DNA of 64,000 nt from the IMG/VR virus record IMGVR_UViG_3300023184_009648, positions 1 through 64,000 of that record. The stretch is one strand, 5' to 3'. This document shows positions 1 to 10,249 of the stretch, one piece after another. Position 1 is the first letter of the stretch; each line of letters starts with the position of its first letter. The stretch comes from a virus. The position numbers and the translations under genes are program-made. The notes below the pieces were generated by a model. The model worked only from the letters and a program-made list of their open reading frames with translations, ran no database searches and was not told the DNA's origin.

Positions 1-2523
1 ATGGCTCCGATATGGTCTGACTTTTTTCGTATCTTTGCCTACAGTGCTGAACCCGATCCGCTGACTCGTCGTAAAGACCCTCGGCAATTCAGTTCTGCTG
101 GCATCGCTCAACCTGAAGCCATGGGTGCTGACATTAACAGTGGCCAAGTCAGTGGTGGCTTAAGCAGTTATCGTCAAACCAATGACATGATTGACACTAC
201 AACACTGTCTAATCGTGCCATGAGATATAAAGAGTATGAGCGCCTTCGTAATGTACCTGAAATTGAAAGTGCAATGACAGTATTTGCTGATGAGGCTTGC
301 GTTGCAGGCGATACTCCTATTGCTACTCCTTTCGGATATATCACTATCAAAGAATTAGCCGAAAAAAAATCAGATGAACGCTTTTTGACTTATTGTTATG
401 ATTTTCAGAAAAATGATTATACACTTGGCTGGGCTTATGCTCCTCGTCTTGTAAAGACCGCTCCAACCAAAAAAATTCTTCTTGATGATGGAACACATTA
501 CACTGCCACTGATGATCATCGTGTGCTTATGCGTGACGGATCATGGTCTGAAACTGGTAAATTAAAATTCGGCGACCAACTTATGCCGTTTTATAGAATT
601 CCATCAAGTCAAAATCATACAAAAATTAAACACTCTCAATATCCTCGCATTTATTCAAATAATAAAGGTTGGATTCACGAACGCCAGTTTGTTGATGATT
701 GGCGTGCAGGAAAAACAACACCTGAACTTGAACTTGTAAATAAAGCTTGTCGCATGCTTGGCAATGGATTAACTACTCGTCAAACTATGGCGAAACTAGG
801 TTGTGATTGGCATACAATTGATTCTCGTCTTGCAAAAGAAGGGTTTTCTTATAAAGAAATCAAACGACTTTATAAATTACACCAAGACTATCGAAGAGTC
901 ATAGGAGTTGAAAATGGACCAGTACAACCAGTATATGACCTAAGTGTTGAAGAACACAAATGTTTTGCTACAAATTCTGTTATTTTGCATAATTGTCAAA
1001 AAGACGAATCAGGAAATATACTTAAAGTCATTACTGAAAATGAAGAAATTAAAGAAGAATTAGAATTTTTATTCTATAATCGACGAATGCTAAACATCAA
1101 CCGAAATGGTTGGATTTGGTTTAAAAATCTTTGCATAATGGGCGATCATTTTATTGATATTGTAATCAATACCGATAATCCCAAAGAGGGTATTTATCGT
1201 GCCGTGACACTGCCATGCGAAACCATGTATCGCATTGAAACAGTTAAAGGCAAACTTATTGAATTTCAACAAAGCAAAGAAGGTCCAGATTATCAAGCAA
1301 TTGTGCGTGGAAGTGTTACTGAATTAACTGATACTGAGTTAAATCAAACAACAGCCTTGCGTTTTGCTCCAAATCAAATCATTCATTTTCGAATTGGAGA
1401 TGATAGAAAAACATTTTATCCATATGGGCAAAGTTTAATTGAACCAGCCCGTGCTCCTGCACATAGCTTGAGATTGATGGAAGATGCGATGGTTGTTTAC
1501 AGGTTGGTTCGAGCACCTGAACGCCGTGTTTTTTATATAGATGTAGGCCAACTTCCGCCATTTAAAGCAGAGGCATTTATTGATCGATTGAAGGATCAAT
1601 TTAGAAAACGCAAAACAACCAATCAAAGCGGAAATTCTGGGGCAAACCAAGTCGAAGAACGATGGATGCCTCCCGCTCAAGATGAAGACTATTGGTTGCC
1701 TATTCGTCCAAATAGCAACACAAGAATCGACACACTTCCCGGTGCCGAAAATCTAGGAGAAATTGATGATGCTGTTTATTTTAGAAACAAACTTCTAACA
1801 GCCCTCAATTTTCCTAAAAACTACTTCAACAATGAAGATCCCGGTAGCACTCGAATTACTCTTTCGGCACAAGACAGCCGATTTGCAAGACTTATTGAGC
1901 GTTTGCAAAGTCATTTTGAAGATGGACTTTTAGAAATCGCCGAACGCCATTTGCAACTTCGAGGTTATCCAGAAAGCAATTATCGTGATCTTAAAATAAA
2001 AATGACACCTCCATCAGATTGGAGAGAATTAAGTCGTTCTGAAGTTGTTAGTGCCCGCTACAACAATGCGGGTGCCCTTAAAAGTGGCATGCTAATGAGT
2101 GATTATGATATTTATACTAAAATTCTTCGATATAGCCATGATGATGCAGAAGAAATGTTAGCAAGGTTGAAGATTCAAAAACTTGAAGACTTAAAGATAC
2201 AAATTATGGCTCAAAATCCACAGCTTCTTGGAGTGGGCATTCCGGGTCAGGAAAGCCAAGAACAAGAACTTGGAGCAGAAGCTGGTGGGCCAGCGGCTCA
2301 ACCTTCACCAAGTGGAGAACTAGCTGCTCCAAGCGGAGAAGAATCTGAAGGTGGTGCACAAGCACTTCCCTCACCAGAACAAGGTGCTGCTGAAAAAACA
2401 CAAACAGAACCTGCAAATTTACCAAATGCTTCTGAAGAAGATATCAAAAAATATGATCTTGAAATTCAAGATTATGATTCAGAAAGTGATATTGAAGATA
2501 TTGACTATAGCGTGGAGGACTGA
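1..2523 (+). CDS. gp20: T4-like portal protein containing an intein
   Basis: Motifs RYKEYERL..PEIESAMTVFADE, LRLMEDAMVVYRLVRAPERRVFYIDVG, EDYWLP and TLPGAENLGEIDD are characteristic of T4 gp20; acidic low-complexity C-tail; ATG is at the window edge. Confidence 0.95.
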   Translation: MAPIWSDFFRIFAYSAEPDPLTRRKDPRQFSSAGIAQPEAMGADINSGQVSGGLSSYRQTNDMIDTTTLSNRAMRYKEYERLRNVPEIESAMTVFADEACVAGDTPIATPFGYITIKELAEKKSDERFLTYCYDFQKNDYTLGWAYAPRLVKTAPTKKILLDDGTHYTATDDHRVLMRDGSWSETGKLKFGDQLMPFYRIPSSQNHTKIKHSQYPRIYSNNKGWIHERQFVDDWRAGKTTPELELVNKACRMLGNGLTTRQTMAKLGCDWHTIDSRLAKEGFSYKEIKRLYKLHQDYRRVIGVENGPVQPVYDLSVEEHKCFATNSVILHNCQKDESGNILKVITENEEIKEELEFLFYNRRMLNINRNGWIWFKNLCIMGDHFIDIVINTDNPKEGIYRAVTLPCETMYRIETVKGKLIEFQQSKEGPDYQAIVRGSVTELTDTELNQTTALRFAPNQIIHFRIGDDRKTFYPYGQSLIEPARAPAHSLRLMEDAMVVYRLVRAPERRVFYIDVGQLPPFKAEAFIDRLKDQFRKRKTTNQSGNSGANQVEERWMPPAQDEDYWLPIRPNSNTRIDTLPGAENLGEIDDAVYFRNKLLTALNFPKNYFNNEDPGSTRITLSAQDSRFARLIERLQSHFEDGLLEIAERHLQLRGYPESNYRDLKIKMTPPSDWRELSRSEVVSARYNNAGALKSGMLMSDYDIYTKILRYSHDDAEEMLARLKIQKLEDLKIQIMAQNPQLLGVGIPGQESQEQELGAEAGGPAAQPSPSGELAAPSGEESEGGAQALPSPEQGAAEKTQTEPANLPNASEEDIKKYDLEIQDYDSESDIEDIDYSVED
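298..993 (+). mobile_element. Intein (about 232 aa, C100-N331) in the portal gene
   Basis: N-terminal CVAGDTPI, block B TATDDHRVL, block F/G VYDLSVEEHKCF..ILHN followed by a Cys +1 nucleophile; removal restores DEA-CQKD. Confidence 0.93.
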
Positions 2524-2777
2524 TGAGCTTAGGATTTGCTCAATTGCCTAATTTGGCTTTTAAAAATCGACGATTAGTCGAACAAAGCCAAATTGCGGGA
2601 TGTTATCATTGCGGAAAAACTTTTTTACCTAAAGAAATAAAACAATATACAGACAATGAACAAACAATTATTTGTCCATTATGTGGTGTTGATGCAGTTT
2701 TGGGTGATATGGCAGGATTTTCAATTACAGAACAAAATTTGCAAAATGCCCAATATTATTGGTTTAAAAAGAATTAA
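2523..2777 (+). CDS. Small Zn-ribbon protein (CYHC...CPLCGVDAV)
   Basis: Two CxxC pairs; TGATG coupling to the portal stop. Confidence 0.7.
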   Translation: MSLGFAQLPNLAFKNRRLVEQSQIAGCYHCGKTFLPKEIKQYTDNEQTIICPLCGVDAVLGDMAGFSITEQNLQNAQYYWFKKN

Positions 2778-3121
2778 ACTTTGTAGCCATCTGCAGAATT
2801 AGGATAAAGAGCTTCTTCTTCGCCAGAACGATCACCTAAACCTTTGTCGTTAAAAGTGCCATTCTGTTTGCTTTTTACATCTGGAAAAGAATCAAGACGA
2901 AAATCGTTTAGCATTCTTTTGATATCTGGCTCATTTCTTTGCTGGTTTAGAAAAGCAATAATAATTTCTGGACGACTTTCTAGAATTTTTTGAACAGCCC
3001 TCATAGCTATTTCAACAGCTTGTGCAGATTTTGGGTCACGCTCTTGATTTTCAGCATCTTTTTCAGACTTTTCATAAGAAGCTAATTCACGAAAAGATAC
3101 ATAATCGCCAAATGTTTTCAT
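2774..3121 (-). CDS. Hypothetical protein with capsid-targeting-like N-terminus (MKTFGDYVSFRE)
   Basis: Start chosen at MKTF with GAGG upstream; resembles the T4 IP leader. Confidence 0.65.
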   Translation of the reverse strand: MKTFGDYVSFRELASYEKSEKDAENQERDPKSAQAVEIAMRAVQKILESRPEIIIAFLNQQRNEPDIKRMLNDFRLDSFPDVKSKQNGTFNDKGLGDRSGEEEALYPNSADGYKV

Positions 3122-3281
3122 TTCTTTCCTCATTTTTACATTCTACAGCATACTTATATACTAGGCGGAACAAATTTTATTCCACGAAGAATAGAATATG
3201 AGATTGAAGTATACATACTTCATCTGCAAGCACCGAACCGCATGTAATTCGGATACTACCAGCACAGGGAGCTTAGTTATT

Positions 3282-5036
3282 ATGAAGAGAAAACTGATCA
3301 GCTTCGATGCATTTAAGAAAATCGAAGAAAGTTCACTTACAAAAACACAACAAGAATTGATCAAGGCTGAAGAAGTGCTTGCAAGAACACTGGGAGTCGA
3401 TGAACTCAAGCTGTTCTCGTTCGGCGAATCTGATGTCACATATCAGACGACGGACGGCAACTTCATTCATGCCGTTTATACTATTGATAACAATTCTGTT
3501 ATACTCGAAAACATAGAATTGCTCGTTATTGAAGAAGAAAGCGAGCGTTCTTCCGCAAAGAAAATTCTCAACGATCTCGTTGACAGCATTCTTGAAAACA
3601 AGGTTGCTGAAGCCGATTTGTTGTTTGAGAATTATTTCAATCTTCCTTGCATTCGTCGCACTATAACGAATGAAGGTGCAAAAGCTTCTCCTCTTAAAGG
3701 TCACAAACAAGATGCGGCTCTTATTGCAAAGCGCACAGCGTCACGCAATAGAACCTTATCTCTTATGAGCTCTACCTTGCGTAAATCCAAGCTTGGTGGC
3801 AAAAAGAAGAAGCCTTTTAAACTTTTCTTCAAGAAAATGAGCGAAAAGAAGATGAAGGATTGTGCTACCGTAGCTGAAAATGTTTTAGGTTACATCAATT
3901 TTCAACAATATGGCCCAATAATCAATGAATCTGCTGTTCGAACGGATAATCAAGGTTCTGTGACAGCTGTTCGCATTCCAACTGAATTAAAGCGCAATGA
4001 ATCTAAAGTTTTAAGCTTGGGCTATAAGACCATGGACACCGAATTAAAGGTTCTTCGTGGTAAGTTGAAGCACATTAACGAAGATCAAACTTTCGTTAAA
4101 GCTATGGCTGATCTCAAGCGTTACAATAACATTTCAGACAATAGGGCTTTGGAAGAAACACTTGAATCTATTGTTTCTCGTTGGCCTGATCTTCTCTACA
4201 TTAGCGAAGCAGAATTGTCAGATCAAATTGCTGCTGCTTTAGAAACCGCAAATGTAAAGAATTATGATGACCGCACATGTGCTTTTATGGCTGAAGCCAT
4301 TTTACGCACTGCACATCATGCTTACACTGATCGTGTTCGCAAGATTGGCGTTCTTGGTGGTGCTAAATCTGATATTACCGCTGAGTGCAAAACTTGTGAA
4401 GACGCTTATAAGTCTTTTTCCTCTGTTTCTGAAAGTTTGTTTAATCAACTTGACGAAAGCGAAGAGAACGAACTTCATATTTTTGCCGATCTTTACAACG
4501 CCTTGAACGAAGTTCATCGTGCTGCTGTTGAAGCAAACGATGAGGCAACCCGAATTGAAGTCTCTGACTTTATGAAGGAATGTGCTGCTATCGTAAATCG
4601 CAAAACCGAAATCAACATGGAATTGGCTGAATCTATTGCCGATTACCTTGCAAATATTTTTGAAGGCGATGAAGGCTCACATTGGGATACTGGCGTTGAA
4701 GTTGACGCTATTGGAAACCACAGCATGACTAAGTGGAACGCTAAGCAATCTGCTGTTGCTAGCAATAACACTGGCATGTGGAAAAGCCCTGCTCCCGTAA
4801 GCAACGGCAAGAGTTATTCTGATGGTCTTGAAAATGAAGCTGGTCTCGGAAATATTGCCTCGGATTCTACTTGGCCCGATGTCAAGAATCCCTATCTTCT
4901 CCAAAGTCAAATGCCAAAAATGAAAGAAAAGAATGTGGCTGATGAGGATGGATTAGGCGGAACCGATGGAAATACTTGGCCTAACCTTAGCAATCCCATG
5001 GCTCTCAAGCCTGTGATGCCCAAACCTGTTGTTTAA
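3282..5036 (+). CDS. Putative prohead core/internal head protein
   Basis: Lies between portal and protease (position of T4 gp67/gp68); AGGGAG RBS before ATG 3282; many L/I-x-E sites; helical, with a TWPxxxNP repeat at the C-terminus. Confidence 0.6.
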   Translation: MKRKLISFDAFKKIEESSLTKTQQELIKAEEVLARTLGVDELKLFSFGESDVTYQTTDGNFIHAVYTIDNNSVILENIELLVIEEESERSSAKKILNDLVDSILENKVAEADLLFENYFNLPCIRRTITNEGAKASPLKGHKQDAALIAKRTASRNRTLSLMSSTLRKSKLGGKKKKPFKLFFKKMSEKKMKDCATVAENVLGYINFQQYGPIINESAVRTDNQGSVTAVRIPTELKRNESKVLSLGYKTMDTELKVLRGKLKHINEDQTFVKAMADLKRYNNISDNRALEETLESIVSRWPDLLYISEAELSDQIAAALETANVKNYDDRTCAFMAEAILRTAHHAYTDRVRKIGVLGGAKSDITAECKTCEDAYKSFSSVSESLFNQLDESEENELHIFADLYNALNEVHRAAVEANDEATRIEVSDFMKECAAIVNRKTEINMELAESIADYLANIFEGDEGSHWDTGVEVDAIGNHSMTKWNAKQSAVASNNTGMWKSPAPVSNGKSYSDGLENEAGLGNIASDSTWPDVKNPYLLQSQMPKMKEKNVADEDGLGGTDGNTWPNLSNPMALKPVMPKPVV

Positions 5037-5050
5037 ATAAAGGAGTTTTC

Positions 5051-5728
5051 ATGGATAACAATCAGGTCTTATTTATTGATTGCTGCACCAACGGCGGCTT
5101 CCACATGAATCTGAACGAGTCAGTCACCGATAGGGGACTGACTAAGTTTAGAGGAAAGTTCCAAGAAGCTGAAGCTGTCAATAAAAACAAGCGTATCTAT
5201 CCCTTTTCAGTACTCGACGAAAATGTCAAGAAACTGAATCCTATTATTGAAGCTCGTGGATTGATTGGTGAGTTAGATCACCCTACCGATTCAATCATCC
5301 ACTTTGACAAATGCTCCCATGTTGTTACAAAACTATGGTGGGAAGGCAATAATCTTATGGGCGAAGGCGAAATTCTCAATACACCTTATGGAAAGATATT
5401 AAAAACTCTTTTAAATGATGGTGTGCGTGTTGGAATTAGCAGCCGTGGCGTCGGAAATGGACGCAGCGACGAAAATGGAATTCTAGTAATTGGTGAAAGC
5501 TACAAACTCATTACATTTGATGCCGTAGCAGATCCTTCAACTCATTCAGCATTCCAAGAAAAAGTCGTGGGTGGCAAGAAAGAAAGCTATGTTCCGACTG
5601 AAAGCCAAGCTCCTGCTAAATTCTTAACAAAAAATGAATCCAAGAAACATGTTTCGAAAGACGCACTCTTGGCCTGCATTAGTGGCATCATTAAGAATGA
5701 AGCATCTGCTATCGCATCTAGGATCTAA
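5051..5728 (+). CDS. gp21: Prohead core protease
   Basis: NKNKRIYP, GELDHP, VGISSRGVG and FDAVADPS motifs; AAGGAG RBS. Confidence 0.95.
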   Translation: MDNNQVLFIDCCTNGGFHMNLNESVTDRGLTKFRGKFQEAEAVNKNKRIYPFSVLDENVKKLNPIIEARGLIGELDHPTDSIIHFDKCSHVVTKLWWEGNNLMGEGEILNTPYGKILKTLLNDGVRVGISSRGVGNGRSDENGILVIGESYKLITFDAVADPSTHSAFQEKVVGGKKESYVPTESQAPAKFLTKNESKKHVSKDALLACISGIIKNEASAIASRI

Positions 5729-5759
5729 ATTTGTAAATAATTTGCCTAACAAGGAACGC

Positions 5760-6761
5760 TTAATGCGTTCCTTGTTTGTTTTTATATTGATCCCATTTAC
5801 GACTCAACCTTGGAAGATTGATTGACATAAGTTTTTCAATAATATATTTCGCTCTAACACCTAACAAAAAATATTTAAATAAAGACTTTTTATACTTTTT
5901 TATATCTAATATTTTTTTGTTTAAAGGTGGATACCATATGTCAAACCATGACTTTATCCAAAGCAAAATAAATTGATTTCCCTTTATCTGCATACCATAA
6001 TCATATTTTTGTTTATTGTCATTTAAATCTCCATTGCCATCAAAATAACCAATGATATATGACAAAGCCTCTTTTTCAGATAAATCAATAGGTGGTTTTA
6101 AATTTAAATGTTTTTTAGCAGTGATAGAAAAGTTTTTTGATAAATCTTTTATCCATTTTTCAGCTGAATGAAATTGCAATAATATTATTTTTTCATCTAA
6201 TTCATGAATCAGACCAGTATGACAAGAATCATCCTGAAATTGCTGTAAATGTTTTTTATCTTGTTGATTTAGTTTTATATAAACAGTATTCTTTTGAGGT
6301 GAAATATTTCCCACAGCTGCCAAATAACCAGCCCAATAACATGAAATTAAAGATTTTTTAGAAAAAAAATCTTCATTAAATGAATATTTACGCCCTTTAC
6401 CTTTTCTAGCCTTGATATTTACTACAGAACAATCACCTTGCAAATCTAAATATTGTGCCCGACTCTTTATAGATGCCAAAGTAATGCCACCAAGAGCTTT
6501 AGATATAATGCTACGAGGCTCTTTTCCATACATATTTCTTAATATTTCGTCTTGTTCTTTAGTCCATTCATGATGCAGACAATATTTGCATCCCTCTTTT
6601 CTTTTTATTCTTCTTTTAAATTTATCAAGGCTTATATTACCAAGCCTTCCACATTTACATTGATATTCTAAAGGAACAGAACAAGAGGCGTAAGAACTGA
6701 TGAGCCTACATCCATAGTCTTCAAAAATACTAAAAACTTCTTCTTGGGTTAATTTTTTCAT
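5760..6761 (-). CDS. LAGLIDADG-fold protein with N-terminal Zn ribbon and Myb/SANT-like HTH; catalytic Asp residues substituted
   Basis: YWAGYLAAVGNI and YIIGYFDGNGDL helices; CKCG/CKYC; WTKEQDEILR; very AT-rich, antisense insertion in the head operon. Confidence 0.75.
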   Translation of the reverse strand: MKKLTQEEVFSIFEDYGCRLISSYASCSVPLEYQCKCGRLGNISLDKFKRRIKRKEGCKYCLHHEWTKEQDEILRNMYGKEPRSIISKALGGITLASIKSRAQYLDLQGDCSVVNIKARKGKGRKYSFNEDFFSKKSLISCYWAGYLAAVGNISPQKNTVYIKLNQQDKKHLQQFQDDSCHTGLIHELDEKIILLQFHSAEKWIKDLSKNFSITAKKHLNLKPPIDLSEKEALSYIIGYFDGNGDLNDNKQKYDYGMQIKGNQFILLWIKSWFDIWYPPLNKKILDIKKYKKSLFKYFLLGVRAKYIIEKLMSINLPRLSRKWDQYKNKQGTH

Positions 6762-6888
6762 TTCGTTATTTTTGAAAAAAATAAATACAGCTGCATACTT
6801 ATATTATGCAACATGTTCACAAAAAGCCAAATTACGATTTTGCCTTGATGGGTGGAATGGTTTTTTTGATTAAAAATTTTGTTGTCAG

Positions 6889-6896
6889 CATATATA
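6889..6896 (+). promoter_or_regulatory. Putative late promoter CATATATA upstream of scaffold/MCP
   Basis: Instance of the recurrent TAnATA motif, resembling T4 late TATAAATA. Confidence 0.5.
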
Positions 6897-6924
6897 AAAA
6901 CATCTAAAGCGAGGATAGGCTAAC

Positions 6925-7827
6925 ATGGACAAGATTTTAGAAGCATTGAAAAATCTCTTACCTGAAGCAGAAGTCAATGAAGTGGCTAATGCTATTAACG
7001 GTTTGTTGGAGCAGGCTAAACAAGACCTAGAAACTGAATACAATTCTAAACTTGAAGAAGCCTATGCCGAGCTTACTACCGAATTAGGTAATGCTGAAGA
7101 AACTGCAGAGACTGGCTACGAAGAAGCTTACGCCATTATTGGCGACCTTCGTAATCGTCTTGAAGTTCAAGGCCAAGAATACCAAGCCGCTCTTGAAGAG
7201 GGCTATGAAGAAGCGTATCAGATGCTTAAAGCTGAACGCTCCAAAAATCAAAATATCGAAGTTGAAATGTATGAAGAATACGACAAGAAACTTCGTGAGA
7301 TGAAAGAATACATTGTTAACAATGTAGATAAGTATCTCCAATTCAAAGGTCAAGAAGTTTACGAACAAGTTCGTCGTGAAGTTCTTGCTGATCCTCGTAT
7401 TGTTGAGCACAAGGTTGCTCTTGATAAGATTATCGGCATTACCTCCAATTATGTGTCTGCTGACGAATTCGCTGGCGTGAACAACGCTAAGGTCGAAGAA
7501 GCCATCAAGCAAGTTGATGAACTTAAAGGTCAGTTACGCATTCTTGAAGCTCGCAATATCCGAATCAGCACGGAAAACACCAAGCTGAATGAGGCTGTTC
7601 GTCAAGCTCAAGATGTTATCAATGAGAGCCGACAAGTCGTTTCTCGTGAAAAGAAAGCCGCTGTTATCAGCGAGCAGAATGAAAGAGTACAGAAAGCAAA
7701 GAATGTAACGGGGAGAGGAAACACTTCCAGCCAACAAGTTGTCATTGCGGAACATGCCAACAGTGCTGGTGGTAACGCCGATTTGGACCAAATGTTGGTT
7801 CTATCGGGCTTGAAACGAGCTAACTAA
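6925..7827 (+). CDS. gp22: Prohead scaffold protein (gp22-like)
   Basis: Acidic coiled coil directly upstream of MCP; VDKYL motif; C-terminal MLVLSGL. Confidence 0.8.
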   Translation: MDKILEALKNLLPEAEVNEVANAINGLLEQAKQDLETEYNSKLEEAYAELTTELGNAEETAETGYEEAYAIIGDLRNRLEVQGQEYQAALEEGYEEAYQMLKAERSKNQNIEVEMYEEYDKKLREMKEYIVNNVDKYLQFKGQEVYEQVRREVLADPRIVEHKVALDKIIGITSNYVSADEFAGVNNAKVEEAIKQVDELKGQLRILEARNIRISTENTKLNEAVRQAQDVINESRQVVSREKKAAVISEQNERVQKAKNVTGRGNTSSQQVVIAEHANSAGGNADLDQMLVLSGLKRAN

Positions 7828-7866
7828 ACCTCCTTTTAGTCTAAAAACAGATAAGGAAAACAACCT

Positions 7867-9300
7867 ATGAACGCTAATGCAGCATTTTTGAACGAGGCTA
7901 AGGAGTTGGAAACTCGCTGGTCTAAGACCGGACTCCTCGAAAACATTCAGGATCGATATGTCCGTGCTACGACAGCAGTCCTTCTCGAAAACCAAAGGCT
8001 TATGAACGAAACCAGCACCGACACAGGTGATGTGGCCCAGTTCAAACGCATCTCGATCCCGCTGGTTCGCCGTATTTATCCCCAGCTGATCGCTAACAAG
8101 ATCGTTTCTGTCCAGCCATTGCTTGGACCAACCGGTCTCGTTTACTATCTCCGTTTCCGTTACGCATCCAATAAGGGTGCTACCCGTGGAGCAGACAAAC
8201 TCGGCTTCCCCGGCGATGACGCTAACTCCCTCATGCAGAGGGCTGACGGTACAGCCAATTTGGATGTATTCTACTCCAGCCAATTCGTGCAAAATGAAGT
8301 GAGCGCAACTGACGCTGGTCTCACCACCACCGCTTCTTACGCCGCTTTTGAGCACACCCCCATTCTTGCTGGAACCGTAACTGGTACCATCTATGATGGT
8401 GGCACAGCTATCCAGACCTTTACTGTGTCTGCAGCTGGTGCTTTCGCTTTCAATGATATCGGATCTCCTTCCCCCAAGGTGACCGCTGGTAGCCTTAGCC
8501 TTACCTCTGGTGAGCTTACCTTGACTTGGAACAGCGCTCCCGGTAGCAACAATGTTGTTATATCTTATGAATACAACATGGAATGCAACCAAGATCTTCC
8601 CGAAATCAACCTCGTTGTTGAAGGCGAAGAAATCGCTGCTAAAACTCGCAAGCTCAAGGCTGTATGGAGCTATGAAGCTCAACAAGACCTTCGCAGCCAG
8701 CACAATCTGGACGCTGAGGCTGAATTGACAGCTGTTCTTGCTCAGGAAATCAACCTCGAAATCGACCGTGAAGTTCTCGGCGACTTGCGCAACAACGCAG
8801 GTACCGTTAGTGCATGGGATTTCAACACCGCTCTAGGCGAAACCATCAAGGAAAAATACGAAAGCCTTTATGTTAAGGTTGTAGAAATTTCCAATGTTAT
8901 CCACAGAAAGACCCTTCGTGGTGGTGCTAACTGGATCGTGACCAGCCCAGAAGTTGCCTCGATCTTCGAGACCGCTACCGCTGGCTTCGCTCCTGCTCCT
9001 AGCGAAACCTTCACAAGCTCCATCGGCGTTCAATATGTCGGTACTGTGAACAATCGTTGGAGGCTCTACAAAGATCCTCTCTTCCCAAGCAATCAAATCC
9101 TCATGGGTTACAAGGGCGATAGCTACATGGACAGCGGTTATTTCTACTGTCCTTATGTTCCTCTCACCCAAACCCCTGTTGTGTTAGATCCTGAGAGCTT
9201 CTGCCCTCGTAAAGGAATTTTAACACGCTATGGTAAGAAATTGCTCCGTGAAGGTGCTAAGTTCTACGCCCGTATGTCGATTGCAAACTTCGTAATCTAA
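7867..9300 (+). CDS. gp23: Major capsid protein
   Basis: VQPLLGPTGLVYYLR, AKTRKLKAVWSYEAQQDL, EINLEIDRE, YCPYVPL and GILTRYG motifs; highly-expressed codon bias. Confidence 0.97.
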   Translation: MNANAAFLNEAKELETRWSKTGLLENIQDRYVRATTAVLLENQRLMNETSTDTGDVAQFKRISIPLVRRIYPQLIANKIVSVQPLLGPTGLVYYLRFRYASNKGATRGADKLGFPGDDANSLMQRADGTANLDVFYSSQFVQNEVSATDAGLTTTASYAAFEHTPILAGTVTGTIYDGGTAIQTFTVSAAGAFAFNDIGSPSPKVTAGSLSLTSGELTLTWNSAPGSNNVVISYEYNMECNQDLPEINLVVEGEEIAAKTRKLKAVWSYEAQQDLRSQHNLDAEAELTAVLAQEINLEIDREVLGDLRNNAGTVSAWDFNTALGETIKEKYESLYVKVVEISNVIHRKTLRGGANWIVTSPEVASIFETATAGFAPAPSETFTSSIGVQYVGTVNNRWRLYKDPLFPSNQILMGYKGDSYMDSGYFYCPYVPLTQTPVVLDPESFCPRKGILTRYGKKLLREGAKFYARMSIANFVI

Positions 9301-9330
9301 CGAAAACCCTTTTAAAAAGGGCAATAAATC

Positions 9331-9363
9331 AAAAAACCCTCGACGAAAGTCGGGGGTTTTTTT
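9331..9363 (+). terminator. Intrinsic terminator after MCP
   Basis: AAAACCCTCGAC-GAAA-GTCGGGGGTTTT followed by a T run. Confidence 0.85.
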
Positions 9364-9445
9364 GTTTAATTTTTTTTGTCCTTAAAATGGAATTATAATG
9401 TTCAAAGAAATATAATGTAAATAAAGTTGTTTTAAAGGAGTTGTT

Positions 9446-10249
9446 ATGTCAAACCTTAGATTTCGCCGTTATCATTGGCACACATCTAAAAAGGCCGGAA
9501 CTGTTTATTTGGATTCTTCCTACGAACTTAAAGCTGCTTTGATTCTAGACAATGATGATGACATTTTATTTTACGAACTACACCAAGAGTTCTTGAACGA
9601 AAGCGGTCGGAAAAGAATCACAGATTTTCTGGTAACCTATAAATCAGGCAAAAAAAAGCTTATCGAAATTAAGCCAGCTAGAAGAATCTGCCAATTCACT
9701 GAGCAAATTGAAGACAACAAAAAATACGCTTTTTCCAATGGTTATGATTTTCAAATTTGGAGCGAAAAAGAACTTGGTTTTGCATCGGAAAAAGACGCAA
9801 CCGAATGGGCTGATAAGTATCTTTCAATTACCACAAATACAGATTACACAGCAATTCGCAAAGAGCGTGGAAAAATTAGAAGTAAAAAACATTATCTCAA
9901 GAAGATTGCCGATGACCAAGTAACCCTATATTGCGAGTTTTGCAAAAAAGAACACACCGCTCTAAAGCTCACCCACGACCGCAATCTGGCTCGGAATGGA
10001 CGATACATTTGTGAGCGGGAAGGTGGTCATATAGCAGGGAGTCTACCGAAGTTGCATTTGAGGAAGGACAATCCTCATGTGGCTGATGGCAAGAAGGAGT
10101 GTGCCTCCTGTCAGACGGTGAAGTTATTTGAGGCATTCAGCCCTGACAAGAGTAAGAGAGACGGGTATTGCCGCATGTGCAAGGAGTGTCGCAGCGCCAA
10201 GATGAAGGCTGCATATGAGGCAAAGAAAGCTAACAAGACTGCTGATTAG
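9446..10249 (+). CDS. TnsA-like PD-(D/E)xK endonuclease with C-terminal Zn fingers (probable mobile endonuclease)
   Basis: DSSYELKA..TDFLV..LIEIKP; CEFC; CASC..DGYCRMCKEC. Confidence 0.75.
   Translation: MSNLRFRRYHWHTSKKAGTVYLDSSYELKAALILDNDDDILFYELHQEFLNESGRKRITDFLVTYKSGKKKLIEIKPARRICQFTEQIEDNKKYAFSNGYDFQIWSEKELGFASEKDATEWADKYLSITTNTDYTAIRKERGKIRSKKHYLKKIADDQVTLYCEFCKKEHTALKLTHDRNLARNGRYICEREGGHIAGSLPKLHLRKDNPHVADGKKECASCQTVKLFEAFSPDKSKRDGYCRMCKECRSAKMKAAYEAKKANKTAD

Noticed and set aside
7801-8703. 300-aa antisense ORF over MCP, and similar shadow ORFs (7084-7512, 13660-14166, 50092-50475)
   Set aside because: Mirror frames caused by strong codon bias of the real genes; no motifs or RBS
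9446-10249. Tn7-like transposon, or T4 gp4 head-completion gene
   Set aside because: No TnsB/TnsC or terminal repeats; the added Zn fingers and position after the MCP terminator fit a free-standing endonuclease better, though gp4 is not fully excluded
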